From Lama glama (taxonomy: Eukaryota), in NCBI GenBank assembly GCA_028534125.1, contig CM052816.1, positions 79,796,001 to 79,860,000 of the forward strand: DNA of 64,000 nt, read 5' to 3'. Positions 1-12,611 of this stretch are shown here, piece after piece. The notes beneath the pieces are model-generated. The model had not been told where the DNA came from. It did not search any database and worked only from the letters and a program-made list of their open reading frames with translations. Position numbers and translations under genes: made by a program. Positions within the stretch are counted from its first letter, which is position 1. Each line of letters opens with the position of its first letter.

Positions 1-734
1 AGGGACATAGGTATAGACACACACACGCAAATACACATATCACAAATTTGACGGCACACGTTTGCTTTAAAATGTTGTTTTTACTCTACCTCATATAACA
101 ATGCATGAGCTGACCTTCCTGAGTGCTCCACCAGAAAATATAAAGTTATCATTTTGTTCGCAGGCTAATAAATACTGAAATTGTTCCCCCCGCCAACTAT
201 GTCTCTCTCTCCAACCCCTTTATTCTATGAGATACTCGTAATTTAGAAATTGTAGAATCAGTAGAGTCAAGAGGGATCCATGACGAAGAGAGCTATAGGG
301 CAGAGCTTAATAATTAAAGACACAAACACCACCAGTACTTTTTTTTAATTCTCAGAAAAGGCTACAGAGGAGAAAAAAAAAACATTACTTCAGGTATTGA
401 CTTTCAAAGTCTTTTTTTTTCCACAGCTAAAATCAGCTCAAAGCCAAGACTTTCCACGGAGAGGTGGAAAATTCCAGCCCCCTTCTTCATGTTTGATCTA
501 GAAAGCGACTGAAGGGCCACATTAGTAACTCCCCCACTTGACAGGAAGGCCTCGGTGTCTGTCCTGCTAGAAGGTCACCGGGCAAATAGCCACCCCAGTG
601 AGCGAGGGCAGCAGCCCTGGGCTGGGTCGGTGGAAAGGCCAGGCCCTGCCTTGTAGACCTGCTGTGGATTTTGTATGAAATGGTAGGATAAGGAAAAGGA
701 AGACTTTAAATCCTTCAATCTTGCCTACCAACAG

Positions 735-919
735 TCCCTTGCCTACAGCCGAGTCCTGGAGATCCACAAGCAACATCTTTCTCCTGTGCCGACAGCATAT
801 TTCCCAACACCTCTGTTGCTCTCCCAGGGTCACATGGAGTGGCTCTTTGACTATGAGGGAAACAGATACCTGGATTTCTTTTCTGGGATCGTCACTGTCA
901 GTGTTGGTCACTGCCACCC
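735..919 (+). CDS. AGXT2: AGXT2 (alanine-glyoxylate aminotransferase 2) coding exon 3
   Basis: acag|TCC...CC|gtgagt, 185 nt; [17 protein letters not shown]...[32 protein letters not shown], the class-III aminotransferase YLDF..G..V..GH.HP motif. Confidence 0.97.
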
Positions 920-2575
920 GTGAGTATCCTTAAAATTCTGAGATTTTGCACTCCAGAAGAATCTATGGAAAACAGGCTAATGACCACGTTAGTGATTCTA
1001 AATTTCTATTAAAAACTGTCTCTCCTTAGGCACATCCCAGTTTATGGTTGACACGCTCCCTGCTATTTTCCTGGGTGACAAAAAACAAAAATCCTTGACA
1101 TTATCCTTTTCCTTCTCTTGACAATGCAAGATTTCATCATTCTCATTGCACATGCAGTGGGGTGTGTACCATGTGACGGGAGTGTTGGCTCTGTGTGTTC
1201 TTCTCAGTAGTAACAGCTTCCAAAGAGGAAACGCACTGAGGGACAGGCAGAGAGGAAGGGAAAGGCTAGCGGTTCTCAGAGAGCACAGGGCGGGTGTGTG
1301 GGGTGGGGGGCAATGAGAGATGAGAAATCACTTCTAGACTGAGGGTCTTCTTCATCGACTCAGTGATGGAGAGGATAGAAAGGATGATAGCAGATGTAAC
1401 TCCAGCTGGAAATTTACAATCGGAAATGGATGACTCCGTTAGTCTTGAGATTTCCTGCAACCTTGATCATCAATCCACAGATGCCCTGGGCAGATGCTTC
1501 TGGGGTCCTTTCTGTTTTGGTGCAGCCACCTCATTTTAACATCTATTCTCACTTGCCTTCAGCAGTCTGGCCAGGAAAGCTCACATTAAGTGGGACAAAA
1601 ATAAAGCAACAAGTCTAAATAAATGGAGTAGGTTCGGGCTCTTCTGTCAAAGCAGGTGCAAAGGGTCTTCTCTGCAAGCAGCTGTCAGGTGGTGAGGAGG
1701 GAGTTGTACCCGGGTCCAGCCCTCGCCTGTTCCTCCCATAGCCTTCTCCTTCCCATTTACATCTTCAGGAGGCACTAGTCCCATATGAAGTCGTGAGGAG
1801 CATGCAATGTAAATTTTAAATGCAATTTAAAGCATACGACAAACATGCATGAAAGAAGTAAAGAAAAATGAAGGACAGAAATTTTTTTAAATATTCACAA
1901 TGATTCCTCCCAATAACATACCACTCTCACGACTTTGGTGCTTCTCCTGATCTCCCTTTGACCTTCCAGTCTGTCCCTCTGACCCTCTAACTCTGGGAGC
2001 CTCAGACTCTTTCCTGAGCCCCCCGCTTTTCTCTCTATACTCCCTTCATCTCTTATTATTCCCCCCCAGAATGGTCCCACCGCATCTCCCCACCTCTGCC
2101 CAGTTAACGGCTGCATTTTCGGCAGCCTTACCCAGCAGCCTTGGCCTCTCACCAAGCTGTGATAGTAGCTCTAAGACACCCAGGTGGACACTAAAATGCC
2201 CCATATCTCTCACAGCCTCCGGGACACACCCTGCCCCATGATATTCCACCATCAGGAGAAATTCAGCATTACAGAGACCAAATCCACCATGCTCTCACAG
2301 TACTATTTCTATTCACGTATTCAAGGAGCACATATGAGCCACCTACTCTGTGAAAGTCCTTGCTAGGAGCTGAGGAGTTAACACAACTGGCTGTCCTTCT
2401 CAACCAATCCTGAGAGTTCCCCAGTATTACAGTCAAGAATATTGAAGTCATCTGTGACTCTTTTCTGCCTTTCGTTCCATATAACCAACCTGATACTAAG
2501 GTCTACTTCTCCCTCCATTGAAATGCCTCTTCTACCAGGCCCTCCCACTAATTCTCACTAACCCCAGTCTCCTAG

Positions 2576-3136
2576 CGTTACAAGGAAAAGGCAAATAAGA
2601 GTGACCTCAGTTCTTAGTCACCCGAAAAAAAAGAATTTTTAACGAGAGACAGAAAGCGTGACATAAGATTTTTATTAGTAAAGTAAAAAGATAATAAAAG
2701 ATAGTACACTCCTGAGAACTGGAAACAGGCCAATCCGAGAGAGGAAAAATGGCAGCACTCTTTTGTTTTTCCTGTTTTTATATCCTGGCTTAGGGGCATT
2801 TTTGCGATTGACTGATTGATTAATGGCTCAGGTTCTTTGAGTGATCAGGCTGATTGATAGCTCAGGTTCCTTGTGCTCAGGTTGACTGACAACTCAGATT
2901 CCTTGTGCCCTGGCACTCCCATCCCCTTTTGGGCAGGTTCATGGGTCAAGTTACCCCGGATCCTTCTCTTAGGTGCAGCTGCAGCGTTTTGATTTTAGCT
3001 GGCTTCTTTTGCTGGCCCTCATTTAGGGAAAGTAAAAGTTTCTGGAGTCCCTTATCCTGAATGTAGACGTACTGTTATTTTCTTGGTTGGTTCCTCTCCC
3101 TCTGCCCAGTGCTCATTTCTTTCTAACTGCCTAATA
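2576..3136 (-). mobile_element. Solo ERV LTR (ERV1-like), antisense in AGXT2 intron 3
   Basis: Decayed TGTTA/TAACA-type termini (cgtta...taata); 4-bp TSD ctag at 2572-2575 and 3137-3140; minus-strand TATAAAA at 2776-2782 and AATAAA at 2671-2676; three ~32-bp U3 repeats. Confidence 0.75.
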
Positions 3137-3304
3137 CTAGGAGCTCTTCTCTTCCCACACCCAGAAGCTACCATGCCCTCCTAGCTGTCCTCACTGTTAC
3201 CAGTATCCCCGCTTCCATTCTAACCTCATGTGGCTCTCAGGTTTATTTTGCTAAACAATGCTCTTGTCAAGTGTCTCATCCACTTGAGAGCTTATTGATA
3301 CTCC

Positions 3305-3600
3305 ACAGTTCTAAAGTGAGTTCCATGGGACACCAAGCGCAGGAGAGGTTCATTGTTAAGGGTCTCATTAGAAAATAAGATTGGGAAACACTTTAAATTA
3401 TCCTTCCTGGGGAAATACAGTATACATTAACCTATTAAAGGTACTGACAAGTCCTGCAGTAAAGAAATCTGTTTGATCTGGTATTCCTCAAAATTGTTTA
3501 ACCACTGAACTGATTTTGGGGGAGGGGGTGACAGCTATTAATAAATTAAATTAAATTAAATTAAACAGAATTGGTGTGTAACAGACTTTAGCAGTTGCTG
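3305..3600. mobile_element. Old hAT-Charlie-type DNA transposon fragment
   Basis: attaaaggtactgacaagtcctgcagtaaagaaatctgttt resembles a Charlie-family consensus (from memory); limits approximate. Confidence 0.5.
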
Positions 3601-4240
3601 TCCTTTAGATTAAGTTCAAACACCATGGCCTGTCTTTTCAAGGCATGCCAAGTCAGGTCCCACATACTTAGCTACACTTAGCTCTTTCCCTCCCTCAACG
3701 TGAACCTTTGGCTCTTTCACAGAATGTGGTTACAGAATCTTCACCAACACTGACCACTTATTATACTGGACCCAAATATTGGAATCTTCTTTAAAGAAAA
3801 AAACTGTTCATCGTATATGAATGTATTTGATGGATCTATAATTCTTTAGAATAAAATGGGAAGACACCCAAGCTTACGTTTAGTCGTCTCTATTTCCCTA
3901 ACTGTTCAAAAGGTAGTTAGTAAGAAAACCTAGTTAGAAGAGATTGTAAATTCGAACTTCCTCCTACACTAAGAATGTCTTTTCTGAAGTCTCCAGCAGA
4001 GAATCATTTAGTCTCCTTGTGAACACTTCCTTTGGTAAGGAATTCATGACCTTTTGAGGCAACTCATCTCATTGCCAGATACTTCTGGCAGTTAGAGAAA
4101 CTTTTTCTTGTGTATGGATGAAATCAGCTTCTTGAAACTCTTGGAGAAACAGCCGTAGGTTTGAGCTCAATGGCCAGTGATGTGTTGGGAGGGACACGCC
4201 CGCTGCATGTGTGGTTAACTCGGCTCTCCCGTTCACCCAG

Positions 4241-4364
4241 GAAGGTGAACGCAGCGGCACAAAAGCAGATTGGCCGTCTGTGGCACACAAGTACCGTCTT
4301 CTTCCATCCTCCAATCCACGAATACGCAGAGAAGCTTTCAGCACTTCTTCCTGAGCCTCTGAAG
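4241..4364 (+). CDS. AGXT2: AGXT2 exon 4
   Basis: cccag|G...AAG|gtatga, 124 nt; [41 protein letters not shown]. Confidence 0.97.
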
Positions 4365-5643
4365 GTATGATGCTCCCAGCTCACAGGGACAGGAGGCTCA
4401 TGTTCCCCGGAAGCTGGCCTAGGAAGGGGGAGTATGGGCGGGGAATCTGGTCTGTGCATTGAACATCTGAAATGAGTGAGCTAGTAGCCATACTGAAAGC
4501 AACCAAGGAGAAGAAATAATTGAGGAACTGCTGGTGAAACCAGCCAGTGCGTACCTCATCAGCTCTAAGTGGCTGCCCCTCCTTGGTCACTCTCCTCGCC
4601 ATCACGTCTTTGCAGAAATCACTCAGTGGGAGTCCCAGGCCTCCTGATCCTCCCCTCTCTGTTCCTCAGGAAGTTTCTGTCTCTTTGCTCCACAGCCCCT
4701 CTGCAAAGTCATCAGCATTTCTTCTTTAACAAAGATTGGAGCCATTTTTTAATAAAATTAATATACCATTCAGTTTATTTGGTCTGAGATGCAGTTAGAT
4801 ATTTTTGCCAAATGAGATGTTTTTCTGGATCTGAAATGACTGAATTTTTTTAACTGAATTGAGATGCAAAAATGTTGGCCAACGTTTGCGTTTCGGGATT
4901 CAGTGAGTTCATACATGTATAGAGCAGTGTGCCGTACCCGGATCAGCTCTTACCATTATTTCACCATATTACTAGATGCATTATTTACTACATTATCTAC
5001 AAGAGATGAAGGAAGTTGAAAGAGCTGCAACCCAAGTTCAGGGCAGGCAGGTTCAGGGAAGAGCTGATTCAGGGATGGCAGCCGGGGCACAAGGCAGCCG
5101 GGGCACAGCTCCTGCCCCCGGTCCCCAAGCCTGGTACCCTTTTCTTTCAGCCAGGATAAGCTGCATTTTTGGTTTGCTTGCTTGTTTTTTCAGCATTCAC
5201 ACATGCTGAAGAGGCAGGCTGGGGTACACTCTGGGGCTCCAGGATTAGGGAGGCTGCTTGGTCCAAGCTTTCAAGATCAGGTGGGGTGGTTCAGGTTCAG
5301 GTTCAGGTTCAGGAGACAAGAGACCCAGTCCTCAGAGCCACTCAACCACTAACCACCGGATATCTCAGCAAGTCTCCCATCTTAGCATTCTGCAGGGCAT
5401 CAAGCAAAGCCAATGAACATCCAGAATGTTTCACAACTGGGACAATCCCTTTGCCGTATTTGTATCTCTAGTGTTTAGCATCTGCTCAATAAAAAGCTGT
5501 AGAATTAATAGTAATTAAAAGATGGGACTGCTGGTCAGAAGGGAACTTCTTAATAATCAGAGGCTGGGACACACTGTCTTCAGCCATTTTGAATTAATTG
5601 GATAATAATGCATCTCACGGCCATGTCTTCTTTTTTTCTCCAG

Positions 5644-5738
5644 GTCATTTTCTTGGTAAACAGTGGCTCAGAAGCCAATGACCTAGCCATGCTGATGGCC
5701 AGAGCACATTCAAATAACACAGACATCATTTCTTTCAG
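5644..5738 (+). CDS. AGXT2: AGXT2 exon 5
   Basis: ctccag|GTC...AG|gtaatc, 95 nt; [31 protein letters not shown] (NSGSEAN PLP phosphate-binding motif). Confidence 0.97.
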
Positions 5739-6071
5739 GTAATCAATCGCATCTTGGAATGTTTAACTTTAGTAACATGGATTCATCCTGACATTAAAGG
5801 TTTATCTTTAAAATACAGCCTACAGAAGGTGAGGGGCTTCCCCAGGGTTTTTTGTTTTGTTTTGGTTTGGTTTTGGTTTTGGGTTTTTTTTTTCTAATTT
5901 TAGGTTTTAGGGTAAGATCAGCCAAATGAATTTTATGGCTGAATAATGCAATCCAAATTGGCCTGATCCAGCATGGGGTCCCTGACTAAGATAACCAAGA
6001 GTTTGGAGTCCTAGTTATGTCATAGATCCTCTTATGGAATTCAAGAGAAGGTCATAAGATAGTTTTTAAAC

Positions 6072-6377
6072 TTTTTTTTAATTGAAATATAGTCAGTTAC
6101 AATGTGTCGATTTCTGGTGTAGAGAACAACATCTCAGTCATGCATACATATGTATTTGTTTTCATATTCTTTTTTATTAAAGGTTATTACAAGATATTGA
6201 ATATAGTTCCCTGTGCTATACAGAAGAAATTTTGGGGTTTTTTAATCTATTTTTATATATAGTGGCTAACATTTGCAAATCTCAAACTCCCAAATTCACC
6301 CCTTCCCACTCCCTTTCTCCCAGTAACCGTAAGATTATTTACTATGGCTGCGAATCTGTTTCTGTTTTGTAGATGAG
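6072..6377 (-). mobile_element. L1 3'-end fragment (artiodactyl type)
   Basis: Poly-T followed by ...atatagttccctgtgctatacag...; close match to 14367-14690. Confidence 0.8.
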
Positions 6378-7204
6378 AGCTTTTTAACTTTGAAGATGTG
6401 GTATTGACTACAACATACACCAGGTGGTGAATTCTAGACCCCCAGAAGCTCATCACTTTGCCATGTGACGCTGGACCCACTTTAATCTCTCTTTATGATA
6501 AGGAGACATGTACTTATCTCATGGTGCTGGCTGCACCATTTTTCACCTTTTTTTTTTTTTTAAGTTCAGAGGATGCAGATCTAACCCTGTATATTTCTAC
6601 TCCTTTGGGTGACTGTTGAGAATCAAATACATACACTTGATTTGGAAAGTTGCCAAAACTTATCTAAAACCAAGACTGGAGATTAGGATGACTTATATTA
6701 AATATGACTGTTTCAGGTTCAAAAGAAAACAAAACCTGTGTTTATTAGATTCAAGTAGGGTGGCTTATGAGACATGAAGAGAAGTCCGCAAAGATGGTGA
6801 GCAACAGCTGCATCACAGGAACAAATATTTGGCTTCTTAAAGGCAAACTGCTTTGCAGATTAATACTCATTGAATATGTGATTTCTAGCATGTTGCTATG
6901 AGTCGCACTGCTTTGGAGTAACAGAGTAGAGCAAACCTAAAGTCAGAGTCCTTGGCCAGATGGTCTCCAAAATGTCTTTCACAATTTCAGACCAATGACA
7001 CCAGTAGGGAAGATAAATAAGTAAACTCATTTGACACAGGCTTAGAAGATTTCTTAGCGATCGTTGGAGTCGCATATCAATAATGTTCTCTTTCACCTCT
7101 GTAGCCTTTGTGGATTTTCTTTTTCGTCCTACCCAGTGTTCCACAGACCAGGGATCGAAGGAAAATAAACATAACTTAGTCCTACCACCATTTTCTCCCT
7201 GCAG

Positions 7205-7298
7205 AGGCGCCTACCACGGGTGCAGTCCTTACACACTTGGCTTGACAAACGTGGGGCTCTTCAAGATGGAACTCCCCAGTGGGATGGGCTGCCAATCA
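7205..7298 (+). CDS. AGXT2: AGXT2 exon 6
   Basis: ctgcag|A...TCA|gtaggt, 94 nt; [31 protein letters not shown]. Confidence 0.97.
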
Positions 7299-7960
7299 GT
7301 AGGTCTTGAGATTTTGTCTTATTTCTCTGAGGTCTGCTGGGTGTGTGGAATCACTGATCAGATTTCCCAGGCATTAGGATTAGAAACTAATATAGAGCCT
7401 ATAATTAATCAGGGGCTCAATTTGATATAATTGAATTAAAGACCATTTAAAAGAAATGTTTCTTAGACCTTCAGAGCCTGAGTAATAGTTAATGATAGAG
7501 ATTTTTGTTGTTGTTTTGTTTCTAAGTAAAATCAGGTAAACTGCAAATAAATGCGTTGAAATAAGTTCTCGGAGCCTTGAATGCATAAAATTTCCATAGG
7601 GTCATCCTTGTTCTCACCTTCTGTTCTCACTCGCTATGGTCACCTTTCAGCATTAAAATCAGATACCTAATTATTCTTATTCTTTCAGATGCCCTTACTC
7701 ACCAAACTCTTGAGCAAATTGTTTCCAGGCTGATACTGAAATCAGTTTCCTTTGTAGAGTGCCCACATAATTGATTTCCAAGAAAAGAATTCTCTCTTCA
7801 AAGCAGAATATTAGTTTTTTGTTCTAAGTCGAGGAAGAGTAGAGGAGGAATCTCAGTATCAAATTAAGAAGCCCTCTTGTCTTGATTGGTACCATATGCT
7901 GCCCCAAATTGACTGTCTTGGGTTCACATCTTGCCAAACTCCCTCTTTTGTCATTTGCAG

Positions 7961-8054
7961 ACAATGTGCCCAGATGTTTTCCGTGGGCCCTGGGGAGGAA
8001 GCCACTGCCGAGATTCTCCAGTGCAAACCACTCGGAAATGCAGCTGTGCACCAG
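7961..8054 (+). CDS. AGXT2: AGXT2 exon 7
   Basis: ttgcag|ACA...CAG|gtccaa, 94 nt; [31 protein letters not shown]. Confidence 0.95.
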
Positions 8055-11000
8055 GTCCAACTGGGCAGGGAGGGAGGCACAGGGCCGAAGGTCAGGAGGG
8101 GTAAGGAATGTGGAGAAAGACAGAACTGTTCCTGAGTGAACAGATTTGAAAAAGTGGGAAAGGGAGAAGCCGAGAGAAACACAACTAGGAAGTCACCCCT
8201 CATTGAACCAACATCTCTTATGCCTTCAGCCACCATGTGGTCAGAGCGTCCATCTCCTAGTAGGAAATGCACCCCGTGCTATCAGGGCTAAGCCAAAACC
8301 AGACTATCACCTGGTCCTTCATTAAAAGGGCTCTCTTACCTCTCTCAGCAATAACTCTGCTACCAATTTTAAAAGAAAACAAGTTTGGTGGGGATTATTT
8401 ATCAAGTCCCAATGGAAGAAGGGGAAAGGGGAAAGAATGCTTTTAGCAATGTCAAAGCTGCAGCCGAGAAGCCCCCCTAGGGACTCAGAATACCAGCCAA
8501 GATGAGAGCACTTGTCAAAACATAAGTCCTTTCTTGAAGGCTGCTGACATCCCTTCAAAAGTTGTGAAGACATTCTCACAAGGAAAGCATCTCTTTATCA
8601 GCCGCATTGTCATTTGCAGTCTTGACCACTTCTCACCCTGAGGGAGAGGAGGCACGGAGACAGCATCTGTTCTTTGCTTATCAGCAAGTCCCACCTCGTG
8701 CTTGTCATCACAGTGCAGGGCCCTTTGAAGGAAAGGACTAAATGCTCCAGCCAAAAAACTTTAATGGAACAGGGTGAGTCACGGAGCTGAATGCAAATGG
8801 AAACCTGAAAACTCAGCCCTGAAGGGAAAGACTTTCACAGTCATCTGAAAATTCAGATGGGATAATGGCAAAACGGAGGTAGCAGGATGAAAGAATGAGC
8901 TTTAGAACAAGATGTCAGTCTCACAGAACCTAAAACCGTCAGGAAGTTTAGAGCTGTCTTTCAAACTCTCCATTTTAAAGATGAAGAAACAGAGGTCCAC
9001 ACCTAGGAAGCTGAGAGCTAGGACTTGACCCCAAGTCTTCTGACCCCAAAGCGCATGCCCCCTACCCAGGACCACCGTTGCTCACACTGGGGTGCCAGCC
9101 GGATGAACCCCAGCTTCAAAACGATTCCTGATCTGCTGGCCGGGATTGAGGAGACACACGAAGTCAGGAGACCTGGGTTGGACTCTCAGCCCTACCGTGG
9201 CTCAGCTGTGAGCAAAAGCCGCATCTTTTGCTTCTGTGTCTCTTCTGTGAAATGGAGACAGCAGTACCTACCCTCCCCGCACCCCACAGCTCCTGAATCC
9301 AGGCTCCCATGAGACCAAGGGAGAGAGCTCTTTGTAGGGAGGGGCAGGCAGGAAACAGCAACACCAAGGACAGCCACGCCTGCGTTTCATTCCCACGCGG
9401 CATCGAGAACCAAACTCAGGTGGGTGCACCTCACAGACATCGACCGGACTGCAAAACCACCAGTGCAGAGCCTTGGAGGCAGGAGCCTCAAGCCCTGGTC
9501 ATGTCCTTCCCTCCCGGCTCTTGTCCCTCTCTGCCTCCATCCTCCCTGCCTCCTCCCTCTTTGAGGCCTTCTCCCCAGCATCAGGCCGACATGAAAGTAC
9601 CAGAACCCCAGTGTCATCTCTCTAGTGGCATCTGGAGGCTAAATGATCACGACAGACATCCCTGCTTCTTGGAGCCATGGTCTTTGGCACAACTGAATTC
9701 AGCTGTTTTCTTAACTCGTATCTTCAAGAGACAAGACAAATAGCCTATCTTTATACAAACAGGGACTCCAGCCTCCTCTAGTGCTGTTAGGGCCTGAGAA
9801 GAGTTTGGCCTTTGTTGTAAAAAGGCACATTCATATCTGTTTACAAATGCATCCCCATGTGTAAATTACTCTGAGTGTGGAAGTTTCTGGTTCTCAATTC
9901 CTCTTAGAGGTCATTCACTGGGCACAAACAAGTGCCATTTTTGGTAAGGGGCTCTTTTTTCACCTCAGAAGTAAGTCATCACCCCCTCAGAGGGTCCATT
10001 TTTGAGCAAGGATCCATTTTTGAGCCAAATATAGATGTTTATGTGGTAGATTTCATTCTCTTCCTCCACCCCCTTCTTGGAATTTTTTTCTTTCCAAGTG
10101 TTCATTGCAGTGCCTGAATTTCAGATGTAACCTGTGATGAAACGCACTTCTCAACACCCACTGCCCCCACAATGTCCCAAACCTGGTGCTGATCATGTCA
10201 TTTCTTTTCTTCCTTTTGCAAGACAAGTTGCCTTTTCCTTAAAAAAATTTTTTCTTCTTGGCTCCTCAGTCTGCTTAACTCTTGCTATACGACCAGCTGG
10301 AGTAAAAGTGCTTCCATCTCTACTCTGTTGTTTGGAGAGCATCCAGGAGAGCATCTTTGCCCCCATGAAGTTGTCATGGTAACACCACTGCACCAAGTCT
10401 CTCCCCAGAGGTGGCCTGATCTGGAGTTACAGCAATGAGCTAATGAAAGAAATGAAGGAAAAAGCCGATGACAGTTGATGACCTCTCTCACCACTGAACT
10501 TGTGGGAAGTAGGGGGGAAATCCTGAAAGGTCTAGCACAGGTCCAAGCAAAACCTTCTTCATGGTTCAGTTTTGTCCAAATGTAAGTCATCAGGGTTGAT
10601 TTGGCTCCACCTTTGATTTCTCTAGTTACAAATGAGTTTGCTAAATTCCCAAATTATGTCTTTTGAACATATGTCTCATCTATCCCTTAGGGTCATTTTA
10701 CGTTTTTTTTCTCGTCCCTTCTTAATAAAAATAGGACATTTCAGTCTCTAGGGGCATAGGTTTATTTGTCTACCATATCCTGCCCATCAAACAACGTGAG
10801 TGATGCTAAAAAACAAAATGCACCTTCTGGGGTTGGTATTCAGTTCATTACTTCCTTCTTCAAACCCCCAATCCTCAGTTTCAACTAAGATCAGCTACCA
10901 CTGTCAATCAAGCTTTCCCAAACATCACATGTAGCTTAAAAGTATGTTCAGGGCTAGGTAGTGTTTTTCCCACTTTTTAATGAAGATCCAAAGTATAAAA

Positions 11001-11854
11001 TATATTTACACTTCCTTTTTTATGGTGATGACTGAAAGATTCTATTCCTTATGTCCAGCCTTCAGGTGACAGGGCTACATCCTTACCTCTAAGGTAAGGC
11101 ATCATGATGGTAGACGCTTTCACTGTCACTGGGGCCAGGGACCCCCATCATCTCTCGCTCAGCATCCCTTCTGCCGTCCATGGATATGGGTGTGGTGCTG
11201 TTTAGAACCCAGTTACAGGTGTGGAGACCACTTCTGAAGCTTCAGTCATATGCGGATGCAGTAGATCTGGGACCTTGGGTATTCCAGAGGAGAAAGCTTC
11301 CTCTCCCTGGCTACAATGGGTGAAAGTTATCTGACTGTAATCCGTTTTAGACTGAGTTCCAATTTTTCTATAAACATATTTACTAATTATAAAGACTGAG
11401 ATACTTTGTAGCTTTAAAATTGTACATCAGATTAAGTGGCAATAAAACGTAAGTAGAGTTGTCTCTGAATAGATTAAATCCACACACCAATTACATCTGA
11501 ATTAAATCTACCCAGTGGAGAGGATCCGTATCCTTAAGTGAAACAGCTGTCTATACACCAGCCTCAGTGGTACTTTGGGGCATGGCTTCTGGATGGAAAC
11601 GACTGAAGTGGTTTGTTTATGCCTTTATGGCTACACGAGTCTTGCTGCTCGAACCAAAGTACAGGCCCTCCTGACAGAACGTTCCTCCTTCAGAAACGTA
11701 CATCCTCATGTCCTGGTTTACTGTATCCTGAGGGACTGGTCAATTTATTATCGTGTTTTCTCTTTTTTTCCCATGTTTTCCCTCGTTCTTCCGAATGCCA
11801 TTCTCAAATCTTCAAATGCTGTGTTCTGTTTGTTTGTTTTGTTGTTTGTTGCAG

Positions 11855-11955
11855 GCTGCTGCCAAGCTAAAGACCAGTACATTGAACAATTCAAAGATAC
11901 TCTGAGCACTTCTGTGGCCAAATCAATTGCTGGATTTTTTGCGGAGCCGATTCAA
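11855..11955 (+). CDS. AGXT2: AGXT2 exon 8
   Basis: ttgcag|GC...CAA|gtgagt, 101 nt; [33 protein letters not shown]. Confidence 0.97.
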
Positions 11956-12518
11956 GTGAGTGTATTAACTTCAAACACTGAGCTCAGTTTAAAGTGATCA
12001 GAGAGTTTTAACCCATACGTGCTAGAGAATTCCAAACTATCTGAGTGACCTTGCTAAGTCCCTCATCAAACTCAGTTCATTCTCTTGGTCTCCTTGGAAA
12101 AAGAGAGCCTCTGATTTTTAATTGAAAATTGAATGGCTTTAAAAAACCATCCCCTGTTTTCCCAGATCAAACAGAGAGACAGAGGGACCTACTGAATTCC
12201 TAAAATTCTATAAGAAAAGAAAACCCCAGTGGTATTTAGTTGTCTAGCATACACACTGTCACAGGGAGCCTTTCTATAATCACACTAAATCCCCTTAACC
12301 TGCTTTTTTCCTAATCTCAGGAAAGAATACATTTGCAACCATCCAGAAGATGTAAGAGTAATGGCCTCTGTTTTCACCCGTAGCTGAAACAGTTCTAGCG
12401 ACTGTTTTAAAAATTGCTAGTGTTACTAATGATGAGCATGAGCTAGCTTCCTTTTTTTTTTTAATACTTTCAAGGGTTGTGCTGTTATCATAGGGCTTCT
12501 TGGTTTGGTCTTTTACAG

Positions 12519-12611
12519 GGGGTGAATGGAGTTGTTCAGTACCCCAAGGGATTTCTAACGGAAGCCTTCGAGCTGGTGCGAGAGCGGGGAGGCGTGTGCA
12601 TTGCGGATGAA
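12519..12611 (+). CDS. AGXT2: AGXT2 exon 9
   Basis: ttacag|GGG...GAA|gtgagt, 93 nt; [31 protein letters not shown]. Confidence 0.97.

Noticed and set aside
9993..10026. 18-bp tandem duplication (tccatttttgagc twice)
   Set aside because: Ordinary two-copy slippage duplication, not an array.
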